Assembly: GCA_903854335.1 (NCBI GenBank)
Contig: CAINVY010000011.1
Location: 3,007 to 67,006 of the forward strand
Source of the DNA: an uncultured Candidatus Peregrinibacteria bacterium
GTDB taxonomy: Bacteria > Patescibacteriota > Gracilibacteria > Peribacterales > Peribacteraceae
DNA: 64,000 nucleotides
Reading direction: 5' to 3'
Shown: piece by piece, positions 17,221 to 24,591 of the stretch
Layout of the letters: each line of letters starts with the position of its first letter
Position numbering within the stretch: the first letter of the stretch is position 1
Program-made: the position numbers and the translations under genes
The notes under the pieces: model-generated
What the model was told of the DNA's origin: nothing
The model's database searches: none
Seen by the model: the letters and a program-made list of their open reading frames with translations, nothing else

Positions 17221-17778
17221 TCAGGGACTACGAAAGCGGGGTCCCTGATTTTGAAAGTTTGTAAGTGAAGATCGTTCTTCTTTCTCAAGACGAGAGTTTC
17301 GCCTTTCTTTCTCAGGGCAAGAACGCGTATCGCTTCTCGATACGTTCCCGCGTGTCATGGTGAGGTGCTCGCGCTTTCGCCTTCGTGGCTTTTTGCTCAG
17401 CAAAAAGCACCTCAGGCTGACACGGGAAGAAACTGAAGGGAGAAGCGAGCCACGAACCATCACGCGGGAACAATGGTATTTCCTCGGTTTTCCTCCTCGT
17501 CTCCGAGAAAAATGTTCCAGTGCTTTCTGATCCCTTTTGATCAAGGCTTCCTTTTTCTTTCGAGCCCATCCCTTCACCTGCTTCTCAAAATCAATCGCAT
17601 CCGTGATCTCCGGGAACTCCGCGGCGTACACGAGTTCAACCGGACGGCGGCGATGCGTGTACGCCTTCGGGTCCCATCCTGTCTGGTGCTCCCCGATACG
17701 CTTCTCCAGGTCATTCGTCACGCCGACGTAGCATGAACCGTCGGCGCAGCGGAGCATGTAGACGAAATAAGAATTCAC
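17221..17778 (-). CDS. GIY-YIG nuclease superfamily protein with a repeat-derived C-terminal extension
   Basis: YFVYMLRCADGSCYVGVTNDLEKRIGEHQTG...PVELVYAAEF is a UPF0213-type GIY-YIG core. A GTG at 17778 sits just before the first beta strand. The frame then reads about 90 codons through repeat 17352-17423 before stopping. Confidence 0.55.
   Translation of the reverse strand: MNSYFVYMLRCADGSCYVGVTNDLEKRIGEHQTGWDPKAYTHRRRPVELVYAAEFPEITDAIDFEKQVKGWARKKKEALIKRDQKALEHFSRRRGGKPRKYHCSRVMVRGSLLPSVSSRVSLRCFLLSKKPRRRKREHLTMTRGNVSRSDTRSCPEKERRNSRLEKEERSSLTNFQNQGPRFRSP
17352..17423. repeat. GTGTCA..TGAGGTGCT / AGCACCTCA..TGACAC palindromic element, copy a (inverted relative to copies b and c)
   Basis: Its reverse complement aligns with 22093-22163 and 52794-52866. 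The outer arms are conserved. The inner hairpin is GCTTTTTGC..GCAAAAAGC. Confidence 0.85.
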
Positions 17779-17851
17779 GACGACAGAATACCCTCCCTCA
17801 AAAAAATCCCCCGCACTGCGGGGGATTTTCAAAAGCGAGGTTAGAAATCCA

Positions 17852-18142
17852 TCACTTTCCCTCTGCAGATCGCTGTGCCATGAAGCAATCCTTGCAGAGA
17901 ACGGGCTTGCCGCCCTCCTCGACTGGTCGAGGCTGGAAGGGGACCTCACATTGCGCACCGCACTTCGCGCACACTGCCGGATACATCTGGCGTGTGGTGA
18001 GGCGCTGCGACTTGCGTGCCGTGCGACAGTCCTTGCATCGCTGCGGGGCAGAGAGGTTCCGGGACGCGTAGAACTCCTGTTCGCCCTCCGTGAAGGCAAA
18101 CGTGTTCCCGCAATCGCGGCAGGTGAGCTGCTGATCAGCCAT
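17852..18142 (-). CDS. Zinc-ribbon protein (duplicated CxxC...CxxC)
   Basis: 96 aa. LTCRDCGNTFAFTEGEQEFYASRNLSAPQRCKDCR plus a second half, CAKCGAQCEVPF...CKDCF. ATG start. Confidence 0.7.
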   Translation of the reverse strand: MADQQLTCRDCGNTFAFTEGEQEFYASRNLSAPQRCKDCRTARKSQRLTTRQMYPAVCAKCGAQCEVPFQPRPVEEGGKPVLCKDCFMAQRSAEGK

Positions 18143-18232
18143 AAAAAAGAAAGAAGGAAGTAAAAGCGCAATGTTCCTTCCTCCATGTTTCTCGGGGACC
18201 GATAGGACTGGTTTGAAGGAAATGCCAAGGAC

Positions 18233-18321
18233 ACTGTAGGGATAAAGCCTTGTATTGTCAAATTTCTCTCATACTGGACGAGGAAGTGAGAAATTGACAA
18301 AGAAACATATATTGCTATGGT
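18233..18321. promoter_or_regulatory. Mirror-image divergent promoter pair
   Basis: TTGTCAAATTTCTC (18255-18268) and GAGAAATTGACAA (18288-18300) form an inverted repeat that carries two opposed TTGACA -35 boxes. Plus strand: TTGACA (18294-18299), 16 nt, TGcTATGGT (18313-18321). Minus strand: TTGACA (18262-18257), 18 nt, TACAGT (18238-18233). Confidence 0.5.
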
Positions 18322-18347
18322 GATCTCTGCCTTTCCCATCTTTATTT

Positions 18348-18584
18348 ATGACGCTACCAAGAGATCACGGGAATTTTCCCTTTCCTACATTCAGTCAGGA
18401 ATACGGTAAAGTGGTACGAAGGGAGCCATTATCAATAACTCCGGCTTTGGCAAAAGCCGTTGCGGTTGGTGCTCGGGTTACGGGTGAAGCGGTGAGAAAT
18501 ACCTTGGTACTCGATGAACGTGAAGAGCATCTTCGAAATCTGCAACAAAAGAGGGATGCTAAAACTGCCTCGGATGCTCATTAA
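18348..18584 (+). CDS. Small protein A (78 aa), a short paralogue of the N-terminus of protein D
   Basis: Monocistronic unit with its own promoter and terminator. It shares AVGARVTG and VL.E..(E/D)H.R with protein D. Confidence 0.55.
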   Translation: MTLPRDHGNFPFPTFSQEYGKVVRREPLSITPALAKAVAVGARVTGEAVRNTLVLDEREEHLRNLQQKRDAKTASDAH

Positions 18585-18599
18585 TTTGGAAGATAGAGG

Positions 18600-18625
18600 C
18601 CCCGCCAAGAGGCGGGGTTATTTTT
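18600..18625 (+). terminator. Intrinsic terminator after gene A
   Basis: CCCCGCC-AAGA-GGCGGGG followed by TTATTTTT. Confidence 0.65.
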
Positions 18626-18678
18626 CTATTCTGATTTCGCTCATCAATTCAGTGGATTATATGATCCGCATTCAATAT

Positions 18679-18706
18679 TTGACAAAAATAAATATATTGC
18701 TATGGT
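18679..18706 (+). promoter_or_regulatory. Promoter of gene B (near-copy of the gene A promoter)
   Basis: TTGACA (18679-18684), 16 nt, TGcTATGGT (18698-18706). The stretch atatattgctatggtg is shared with the gene A promoter. Confidence 0.55.
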
Positions 18707-18734
18707 GTGATAAATCTATTCCAATTCTCTCTTT

Positions 18735-19322
18735 ATGAAGCCCGCCCCCACTCTACGAAAAGGAGATTGTCCTGCATCTCTCAGTCAGGGGATGCCTGCT
18801 CTTCCGACTTCGGGAAGCGTTGTACCGACTCAAGCACAGGAAACCGGCACGGGGGTGAGAAAAGTTCTCAGCAAGATACCACTCAAATCTGTAGGCGTAC
18901 AGACGTTGCACGAGGGAGATGATATGCAAGCTTTGCTACAGAGAGAGTTTCGTAAGCAGTTGCAGATCTTTATCAATCAGATTGCACGTACAATTCTTCT
19001 CTGCACAGGGAACGAACCGGGGAAACAGAGGACTGTTACTAACAATGCGAGACAGATCGCAACGAGCGCAGTCACGATAGACGATTTCTGGCGCAGGTGT
19101 CCCGGATCGATTAAGCACGCTTTTCAGGCACTGCTACAGGCGAATGATTTAGTGGCTGAAAGGCTTGGACGGCCCAAAGAGACAGGTGACATTTTCCAGC
19201 CGATGGAATGCCTCAGGCCCGCATTGCAGACATGCAACGATGCGATCGTTTCGTATTTGGGGGGAATCACTGTTGTTACTGTCCCTTGCGAGCCGATAGC
19301 TGAGCCGACGGCACAAGCGTGA
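18735..19322 (+). CDS. Hypothetical protein B (195 aa), cassette family member
   Basis: ATG start in a lower-G+C region. Sequence pattern suggests helices. The C-terminal pattern (..ALLQ..., ..AIVSYLGG) resembles proteins C and D. Confidence 0.55.
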   Translation: MKPAPTLRKGDCPASLSQGMPALPTSGSVVPTQAQETGTGVRKVLSKIPLKSVGVQTLHEGDDMQALLQREFRKQLQIFINQIARTILLCTGNEPGKQRTVTNNARQIATSAVTIDDFWRRCPGSIKHAFQALLQANDLVAERLGRPKETGDIFQPMECLRPALQTCNDAIVSYLGGITVVTVPCEPIAEPTAQA

Positions 19323-19326
19323 ATAT

Positions 19327-19354
19327 TTGACAGGCCGCATGGGGCTGATAGCTT
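19327..19354 (+). promoter_or_regulatory. Possible promoter of gene C
   Basis: aatatTTGACA (as at the gene B promoter), 16 nt, then TAGCTT. The -10 is weak. Confidence 0.4.
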
Positions 19355-19381
19355 TGGGAGCAACCTCCCCGGCTCGCGATC

Positions 19382-19885
19382 ATGCATTATATTCATGACG
19401 GTCCCCTTGGTGAAGTTGTCAGTCGATCTACTGAGTCAAAGTCCTTGCCGGGTTTGGATGCTTTTCGATTCACCTATCAGAATCTCGTAATGGATCGGGT
19501 CTCTCAAACGAGTGAGGATGTGAGAGATCTGTTTGAGTTTGATACGCAAACTTGTCTTGGTCCGAAGCTCAATCAACTCAAAACTGTCCTTGATGATCTT
19601 CTTCACAAATGCGGTTTGTCTTCGGAATTTCCTTTGAAGGATGTCCTCGGTGATGCGACATCAATGTTGCATTCTGAGCAGACGGGCATTCCATTCTGGG
19701 AGCAAACTCGTCCGCTTGTGATCTCCAGTACGCTTCAAGTGTTACAGCGCACCGTTGCGCATCTTCAAGATCTTTTTTCGGACGGCAATGCTCCTCAGGC
19801 GCATGCAGAGAAGGGTTTCCTGATAGAAGGTATTGTTGCGGCAAGGCAGATCATCCGTCCCTTATTGGCATATGGTGCGTACTGA
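19382..19885 (+). CDS. Hypothetical protein C (167 aa), cassette family member
   Basis: ATG start. Sequence pattern suggests helices. The C-terminal ARQIIRPLLAYGAY resembles the C-termini of proteins B and D. Confidence 0.55.
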   Translation: MHYIHDGPLGEVVSRSTESKSLPGLDAFRFTYQNLVMDRVSQTSEDVRDLFEFDTQTCLGPKLNQLKTVLDDLLHKCGLSSEFPLKDVLGDATSMLHSEQTGIPFWEQTRPLVISSTLQVLQRTVAHLQDLFSDGNAPQAHAEKGFLIEGIVAARQIIRPLLAYGAY

Positions 19886-19932
19886 GGGGAGGGGGTACGA
19901 TTGATTCCTTTTGTATTCTTTCCCATATTACT

Positions 19933-20424
19933 ATGTCTCATGCACCTCTCAGCGCTGGCGAATCACTGACCTTAGAACGACCTGCCGCCAAGCCTGCGAG
20001 AGAAGCTGCTGTAGGAGCAAGAGTCACTGGTTGTTCAGAGGCATCTTGGGCGGCAACGCATAGAGTGCTTACTGAAGACAATGACCATGTTCGTGGAAGG
20101 CAGAGTCTCATTGATTTCGAAAACTCGCTTACTCGGGTGCGAGCGGAAGTGGTGGAAAATACCGATGTCGAAGCGACTCTTGAGAAGATATTGGCATTGA
20201 TGGGGCCTGCAATTAACGATCCATTTATTCGACAGCACTTTCCGACGAGGGTCCTCAATCCCATGAAAATGACGCATTATCTTGCTGTTGCGCTTCAAAA
20301 TCACTTAAGGGAGGGAGTTTCGGAGAGCAAGATTTTGCCCAGCATGCCTCATCTCCAAGAAGGAATGGAAATGTGTGCGCTATCGATTTTGGCGTACTGG
20401 GAACATGTGGCCGATCAGCCTTAA
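19933..20424 (+). CDS. Hypothetical protein D (163 aa), cassette family member
   Basis: The N-terminus carries AAVGARVTG and VLTEDNDHVR, both shared with protein A. The 5' motif ctttcccat is shared with genes A and E. Confidence 0.55.
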   Translation: MSHAPLSAGESLTLERPAAKPAREAAVGARVTGCSEASWAATHRVLTEDNDHVRGRQSLIDFENSLTRVRAEVVENTDVEATLEKILALMGPAINDPFIRQHFPTRVLNPMKMTHYLAVALQNHLREGVSESKILPSMPHLQEGMEMCALSILAYWEHVADQP

Positions 20425-20470
20425 GTTTTTTTCTTTCGCACGTCCAGACTCTTCTTTTCCCATCTTGGTT

Positions 20471-20695
20471 ATGGCCTACCCAGCCACTGAGTTACCTGAT
20501 TGGTTTGTAAGTCAGGCTCGTAAAGATCTTCAAGCTGCTCGTGAGACGACGGTGTCGACCGAAGCTGCACGTATGGATGATGGATTGCAACATAGGAGGG
20601 AGGAGAACGAGGCTATGGCACCCGTGGCGACTGGAAAAGATGAAACTGCTGAGGCAGCGAAAAAATTGCTTCGTTTCCTGTACACCGGACCTTAA
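20471..20695 (+). CDS. Small acidic protein E (74 aa)
   Basis: Internal ATG of ORF 20375-20695, chosen to avoid overlap with gene D. Preceded by ttttcccatcttggtt. Ends at the bidirectional terminator. Confidence 0.4.
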   Translation: MAYPATELPDWFVSQARKDLQAARETTVSTEAARMDDGLQHRREENEAMAPVATGKDETAEAAKKLLRFLYTGP

Positions 20696-20697
20696 GT

Positions 20698-20724
20698 AAA
20701 AACCCCGCCTGAGCGGGGTTTTTT
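20698..20724. terminator. Bidirectional intrinsic terminator (cassette gene E and rplL)
   Basis: AAAAA-CCCCGC-CTGA-GCGGGG-TTTTTT, with A and T tracts on both sides. Confidence 0.75.
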
Positions 20725-20744
20725 GCATCTGTGGAACCAAACGT

Positions 20745-21137
20745 TTACTTGAGAGAAACTTTCGCGCCTGCGGCTTCGAGCTTCGTCTTCATTTCGTCGG
20801 CCTCCTTCTTGGCGACGCCTTCCTTGACCATCTTCGGAGCGCCGTCGACGAGAGCCTTGGCCTCGCCGAGAGGGAGACCCGTGATCTCGCGGACGACCTT
20901 GATCACGGCGATCTTCTGCGCGCCGGAATCGGTGAGCTCCACATTGAAGCTCGTTTTCTCTTCGCCGGCATCGGCTGCGCCAGCGGCGGGGGCTGCGGCG
21001 ACTGCGGCGGGGGCTGCGGCGGAGATGCCGTATGTCAGCTCCATGTACTTCACGACGTTATTCAGCTGAACGACATTCAGCTTCTCGAGCGCGTCGATGA
21101 CTGCTTGCTCTTCTTTCACGAGGGTGGCGTCGGCCAT
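20745..21137 (-). CDS. rplL: 50S ribosomal protein L7/L12
   Basis: 130 aa. Ala-rich hinge and the C-terminal [36 protein letters not shown]. Confidence 0.95.
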   Translation of the reverse strand: MADATLVKEEQAVIDALEKLNVVQLNNVVKYMELTYGISAAAPAAVAAAPAAGAADAGEEKTSFNVELTDSGAQKIAVIKVVREITGLPLGEAKALVDGAPKMVKEGVAKKEADEMKTKLEAAGAKVSLK

Positions 21138-21167
21138 GGGTAGAGGGGGAAAAGGTAGATAAGTGAT

Positions 21168-21195
21168 CAGTGTTCAGTGAACAGTGAACAGTGGA
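21168..21195. repeat. Tandem heptamer array CAGTG(T/A/G)(T/A), four units, in the rplJ-rplL spacer
   Basis: CAGTGTT CAGTGAA CAGTGAA CAGTGGA. It also contains the palindrome TGTTCAgTGAACA. Confidence 0.8.
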
Positions 21196-21197
21196 AA

Positions 21198-21737
21198 TTA
21201 GGAAGGTTGCTCAGCAGATTTCTTCTTCGCGAGTTCCGCGAGGGAACGGGCGAAGCCGGAGAGCGGGGAGGAACAGATTTGGGCGAAGGAACGGAGAGGT
21301 GATTGCAGCATTCCCGCGAACATCGCGAGCAACACCTGGCGGCCCGGGATCTGTGCGAGGATCTTGGCGTCGGACTGCGAGAGGAGCTTGCCGTCGAAGA
21401 GGGCGGCGAGAAACGAGACCTGCGGGTGATCCTTGGCAAACTTGTAGGCGATTTGCGCTCCGGCGATGGGATCGGTGTAACTGAAGATGCAGGCGACAGG
21501 GCCTTCCATCATCGCATCCTCGAACTCGGGGAGTCCCTGCTCCTGAGCGGCGATGCGGATGAGGGTTTTCTTCGCAACTTTCATCTCCGCGCCTCCCGCA
21601 CGCAATTTCTTGCGCAGATCACTCACGTCGGACACCTTCATGCCGATGTAGTGTGTGAAGATGACGGATGAGGCTTTCGAGAGCTTCTCCTTGATATCCT
21701 TGAGCTGCTCGGCTTTCTGCTGCTTTGTGAGGGCCAT
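21198..21737 (-). CDS. rplJ: 50S ribosomal protein L10
   Basis: 179 aa. The MALTKQQKAEQLKDIKEKL... L10 pattern, located directly upstream of rplL. Confidence 0.95.
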   Translation of the reverse strand: MALTKQQKAEQLKDIKEKLSKASSVIFTHYIGMKVSDVSDLRKKLRAGGAEMKVAKKTLIRIAAQEQGLPEFEDAMMEGPVACIFSYTDPIAGAQIAYKFAKDHPQVSFLAALFDGKLLSQSDAKILAQIPGRQVLLAMFAGMLQSPLRSFAQICSSPLSGFARSLAELAKKKSAEQPS

Positions 21738-21959
21738 GGTGTAGGGATGAAAGGTGTGAGAAGAGGGGAGATCGGGCTTAAAAAAGGTCTCCCTAGCGTT
21801 GAAGCGTCCGGGAGACCAGCGAGGAACACGGCACGAAGCACCAAGCCGGGGCCGAGTGACCGATGCTGTATTCCTCGGAGGGGCTTATTTCGGCCTGCGG
21901 CCTTGTGCCCTCGGTCTTCGGACGTGAGGGGAGTCTACTCCCGCGGCTGATTATGTCAA
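21738..21959 (-). promoter_or_regulatory. rplJ promoter plus about 190-nt leader with an attenuator-like terminator (L10 leader candidate)
   Basis: Minus strand: TTGACA (21959-21954), 16 nt, TAGACT (21937-21932). The leader contains GGTCTCCC, a 16-nt loop, GGGAGACC and then TTTTTT (21817-21780), placed 42 nt before the ATG. Confidence 0.55.
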
Positions 21960-22092
21960 GAGCAGTTCTCATCCGTTGCTCTTTTTTAGTTCCAATGAAA
22001 ACCGCCTGCGTCAGCTGGTGGGTGAAGAGGTAGCGATACGCTATGGCAAGCGTGATGGTTCGTGGCTCGCATCCCTTTTCAGTTTGTTTCCA

Positions 22093-22163
22093 TGTCAGCC
22101 TGAGGTGCTTTTTGCAAAGTAAAAAGCCACGAAGGCTTAGGCGCGAGCACCTCACCATGACAC
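22093..22163. repeat. GTGTCA..TGAGGTGCT palindromic element, copy b
   Basis: tgtcagcctgaggtgctttttgcaaagtaaaaagccacgaaggcttaggcgcgagcacctcaccatgacac. Lies between tig and the rplJ promoter. Confidence 0.85.
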
Positions 22164-22262
22164 GCTTGCTGGATGCCGGACAAGTGAAGCTTGCTTTGTA
22201 AGAACTCCGCCAGAGCACACTGGCAGTAGTTCATTTTTTGACGTTCCGTCGAGAAACGCCTT

Positions 22263-23543
22263 CTATGCGGAGAGCATCTGATCCGTCAGCTTCTCGACCC
22301 TGCGCTGCCATTTGAGCTGCTCGTAGGCGTCGTGGCCCGGCTTGAGGTTTTGCTCCATGGCTGCACGCTCCGCCTCCGGACTCTCTCCCAGCGTTTGCTG
22401 GATGAGGGTTTGCATTTCCTCGTCGGAGACAGCCGTCTCGCGCTGTTCTAGGAGCGCCTCCACTCCAAGTCGCAGCGTGATCCGTTGTTCCGCCTGTTTT
22501 CGCAACTCCTTGCCGAAATCTTCAGGGGTCTTCTTCGTGCGCTTCAGCCAATCCTCCAAGGTCGTACCCTGGCGGGTGAGTTGTTCGTTTCGTTCTTTGA
22601 AGAGGCGATGCTCTTCTTCCTCGATGAGTTCGTCGGGGAGGGAGACATTCGTCGCTTTTCCGATCGCTTCGAAGAGCGCCTGCTCTCGTCGTTGCTGGTC
22701 GATCGATTCTTCTTGCGTGCGCAGCGAGGTCTCGATGCGGGTGTGAAGATCTTTCACCGACTCGCCCAGCCCGTGCTCCTTCACGAACGCATCGGTCATT
22801 TCCGGAACGCTGACCTCCTCCACTTTCGTCACCTTTACGGAAAACGTGACGGGCTTCTTGCGCAGGTGTTCGGCGTGGTAGTCGTCGGGGAAGGTGAGCG
22901 TGAAGGATTTCTCCTCGTCCTTTCCAAGCCCCGTGAGCGCTTCCTCAAAGCCCGGGAGCAGCGTGGCGCTTCCGAGGATGACAGCGTAGTTGCGCGTCTT
23001 CGTACCCGGAACGTCTTTCCCTTCGCTGTCCGTTCCGTGGAAATCGATCGTCACCTGGTCTCCCTTCTGCGCTTTGCGCTCGACCTCCTTCGTCTTCTTA
23101 TCCTGCTCCTGCAAGTACGCGATCATGCGGTCGATGTCTTTCTGCTCGATCTTGATGTCCTTCTTGTCGATCTTGATGCGATCGGCGCCCTTGAGCGTCA
23201 CGGCCGGTTTCTCGACGAAGAGCAGCGACACTGAGAGGGGATCTTGGGCTGTGACGGAGATGCGCGGGGGGAGAATCGGATGGAGGTTGTGTTCCTCGAT
23301 GATGTTTCCCAGACGTTCCCCGAGCAGGGAGCGCACAGTTTCTTCGAGCAGGGATTCCGCGCCGATTTTCTCACGAATGATGTCCGCAGGCGCTTTCCCT
23401 TCTCGAAATCCGGGCACGCGAATCGATTTGCCGAGACGCTTCAGTGCGTCGGCTTCCGCCTTGGCTCGTTCCTCGCCTGTGAAGGCGACACGGCACTCCG
23501 TGCGTGAATTCGGCAGCTTCTTGATCTCTATGGATGATGGCAT
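22263..23543 (-). CDS. tig: Trigger factor
   Basis: 426 aa. N-terminal ribosome-binding region with GFREGKAP, a central FKBP-like region and a C-terminal helical arm. Confidence 0.9.
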   Translation of the reverse strand: MPSSIEIKKLPNSRTECRVAFTGEERAKAEADALKRLGKSIRVPGFREGKAPADIIREKIGAESLLEETVRSLLGERLGNIIEEHNLHPILPPRISVTAQDPLSVSLLFVEKPAVTLKGADRIKIDKKDIKIEQKDIDRMIAYLQEQDKKTKEVERKAQKGDQVTIDFHGTDSEGKDVPGTKTRNYAVILGSATLLPGFEEALTGLGKDEEKSFTLTFPDDYHAEHLRKKPVTFSVKVTKVEEVSVPEMTDAFVKEHGLGESVKDLHTRIETSLRTQEESIDQQRREQALFEAIGKATNVSLPDELIEEEEHRLFKERNEQLTRQGTTLEDWLKRTKKTPEDFGKELRKQAEQRITLRLGVEALLEQRETAVSDEEMQTLIQQTLGESPEAERAAMEQNLKPGHDAYEQLKWQRRVEKLTDQMLSA

Positions 23544-23619
23544 GGGCAGAGAGGATAGGGGAAAAAATCGCCGGAAGAAAGTCGAGACCCATCTTGTTTC
23601 CGTTCTCTCGCGAGAGGAT

Positions 23620-24591
23620 TTACCTCCAGTAGAGCAGCAGCGCGGAAGCGATGAAGAAGGAGGAGTACGTTCCGATGACCATGCCGAAGATGAGCGCCAG
23701 GATAAACCAGCGGATCGATTCGGATCCGAGGAAGAAGAGGGCGAAGAGCATGATCAGGACCGACATCATCGTGTTCATCGTTCGCGGAACGCTCTGCTTA
23801 AGGCCGCGCGCAGCGGTCTCCTCGAAGTTCTCGGAGCGATTCTCGAAGGAGAGGTTCGCGCGGATACGGTCGAAGATGACAATTGTATCGTTCGTCGAGT
23901 AGGCGAGGATCGTGAGGAGGGCCGTGACGAACAGTGTATCGAATTCGAAGTTCGTGAACTGTCCCAGCACAGTGAAGACGCCGGCGGTGATGACGACGTC
24001 ATGGAGGAAGGCGATGACGGCGAGGACGCCGAACTTCCACGGTTTGAATTTGCGGGGGAGTTTGCGGAACGCGAAGGCGAGATAGAGGATGATCGCTACG
24101 GAGGCGACGCCGAGCGCGATGAAGGATTGCTGTTTGAGGCTTGCGGAGACGCTCGGTCCGATGGTCGTGAATTGCAGCTCTTTCACGGTCGTGAATTTCT
24201 GCGTCAGGAAGTCGACGAGTTGCAGGTGTTCCTCATTACTGAGCGGTCGCATGCGAATGCTGTACGACGTTCCCTGGATGCCCGTGATGGCGGAGACGGA
24301 GACGTTCTGCAGCGGTGAGCCGCCCTTCGGAACGAACTGCGTGATCGCGGTGGCCAAATCGGTTTTCGTGTCCTTCGCGGGGAGCTGGACTTCCATCAGA
24401 GTTCCTCCGATGAACTCGATCGAGAATTTCGGTCCCGGCTTCCAGAGGAGCAGGACCAGGGAAACGACCACCGCACACGCGGAGAGCGTGAGAAAGAATT
24501 TGGAGAGGGATTTGAACGTCATGCGTGGGGAGCGTAGCGGGTTCTTTCCTCGATTGCCAGCGTCATCAATTCCTGTTGCTGCTTTCTCCAT
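23620..24591 (-). CDS. secF: Protein translocase subunit SecF
   Basis: 323 aa. FSIEFIGGT... followed by six TM helices of the SecD/F family. An alternative ATG at 24522 would remove the 26-nt overlap with the upstream gene. Confidence 0.85.
   Translation of the reverse strand: MEKAATGIDDAGNRGKNPLRSPRMTFKSLSKFFLTLSACAVVVSLVLLLWKPGPKFSIEFIGGTLMEVQLPAKDTKTDLATAITQFVPKGGSPLQNVSVSAITGIQGTSYSIRMRPLSNEEHLQLVDFLTQKFTTVKELQFTTIGPSVSASLKQQSFIALGVASVAIILYLAFAFRKLPRKFKPWKFGVLAVIAFLHDVVITAGVFTVLGQFTNFEFDTLFVTALLTILAYSTNDTIVIFDRIRANLSFENRSENFEETAARGLKQSVPRTMNTMMSVLIMLFALFFLGSESIRWFILALIFGMVIGTYSSFFIASALLLYWR

Noticed and set aside
17221-18339. 372-aa ORF taken at face value as one gene
   Set aside because: Only residues of about 188-280 form a GIY-YIG domain. 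The N-terminal part is antisense to the zinc-ribbon gene and its promoter region, and the C-terminal part translates repeat elements.
19901-19930. Promoter TTGATT-17-CATATT directly upstream of cassette gene D
   Set aside because: The -10 ends only 3 nt before the ATG at 19933, so the predicted TSS would fall inside the ORF. Either gene D is co-transcribed with gene C or its promoter lies elsewhere.
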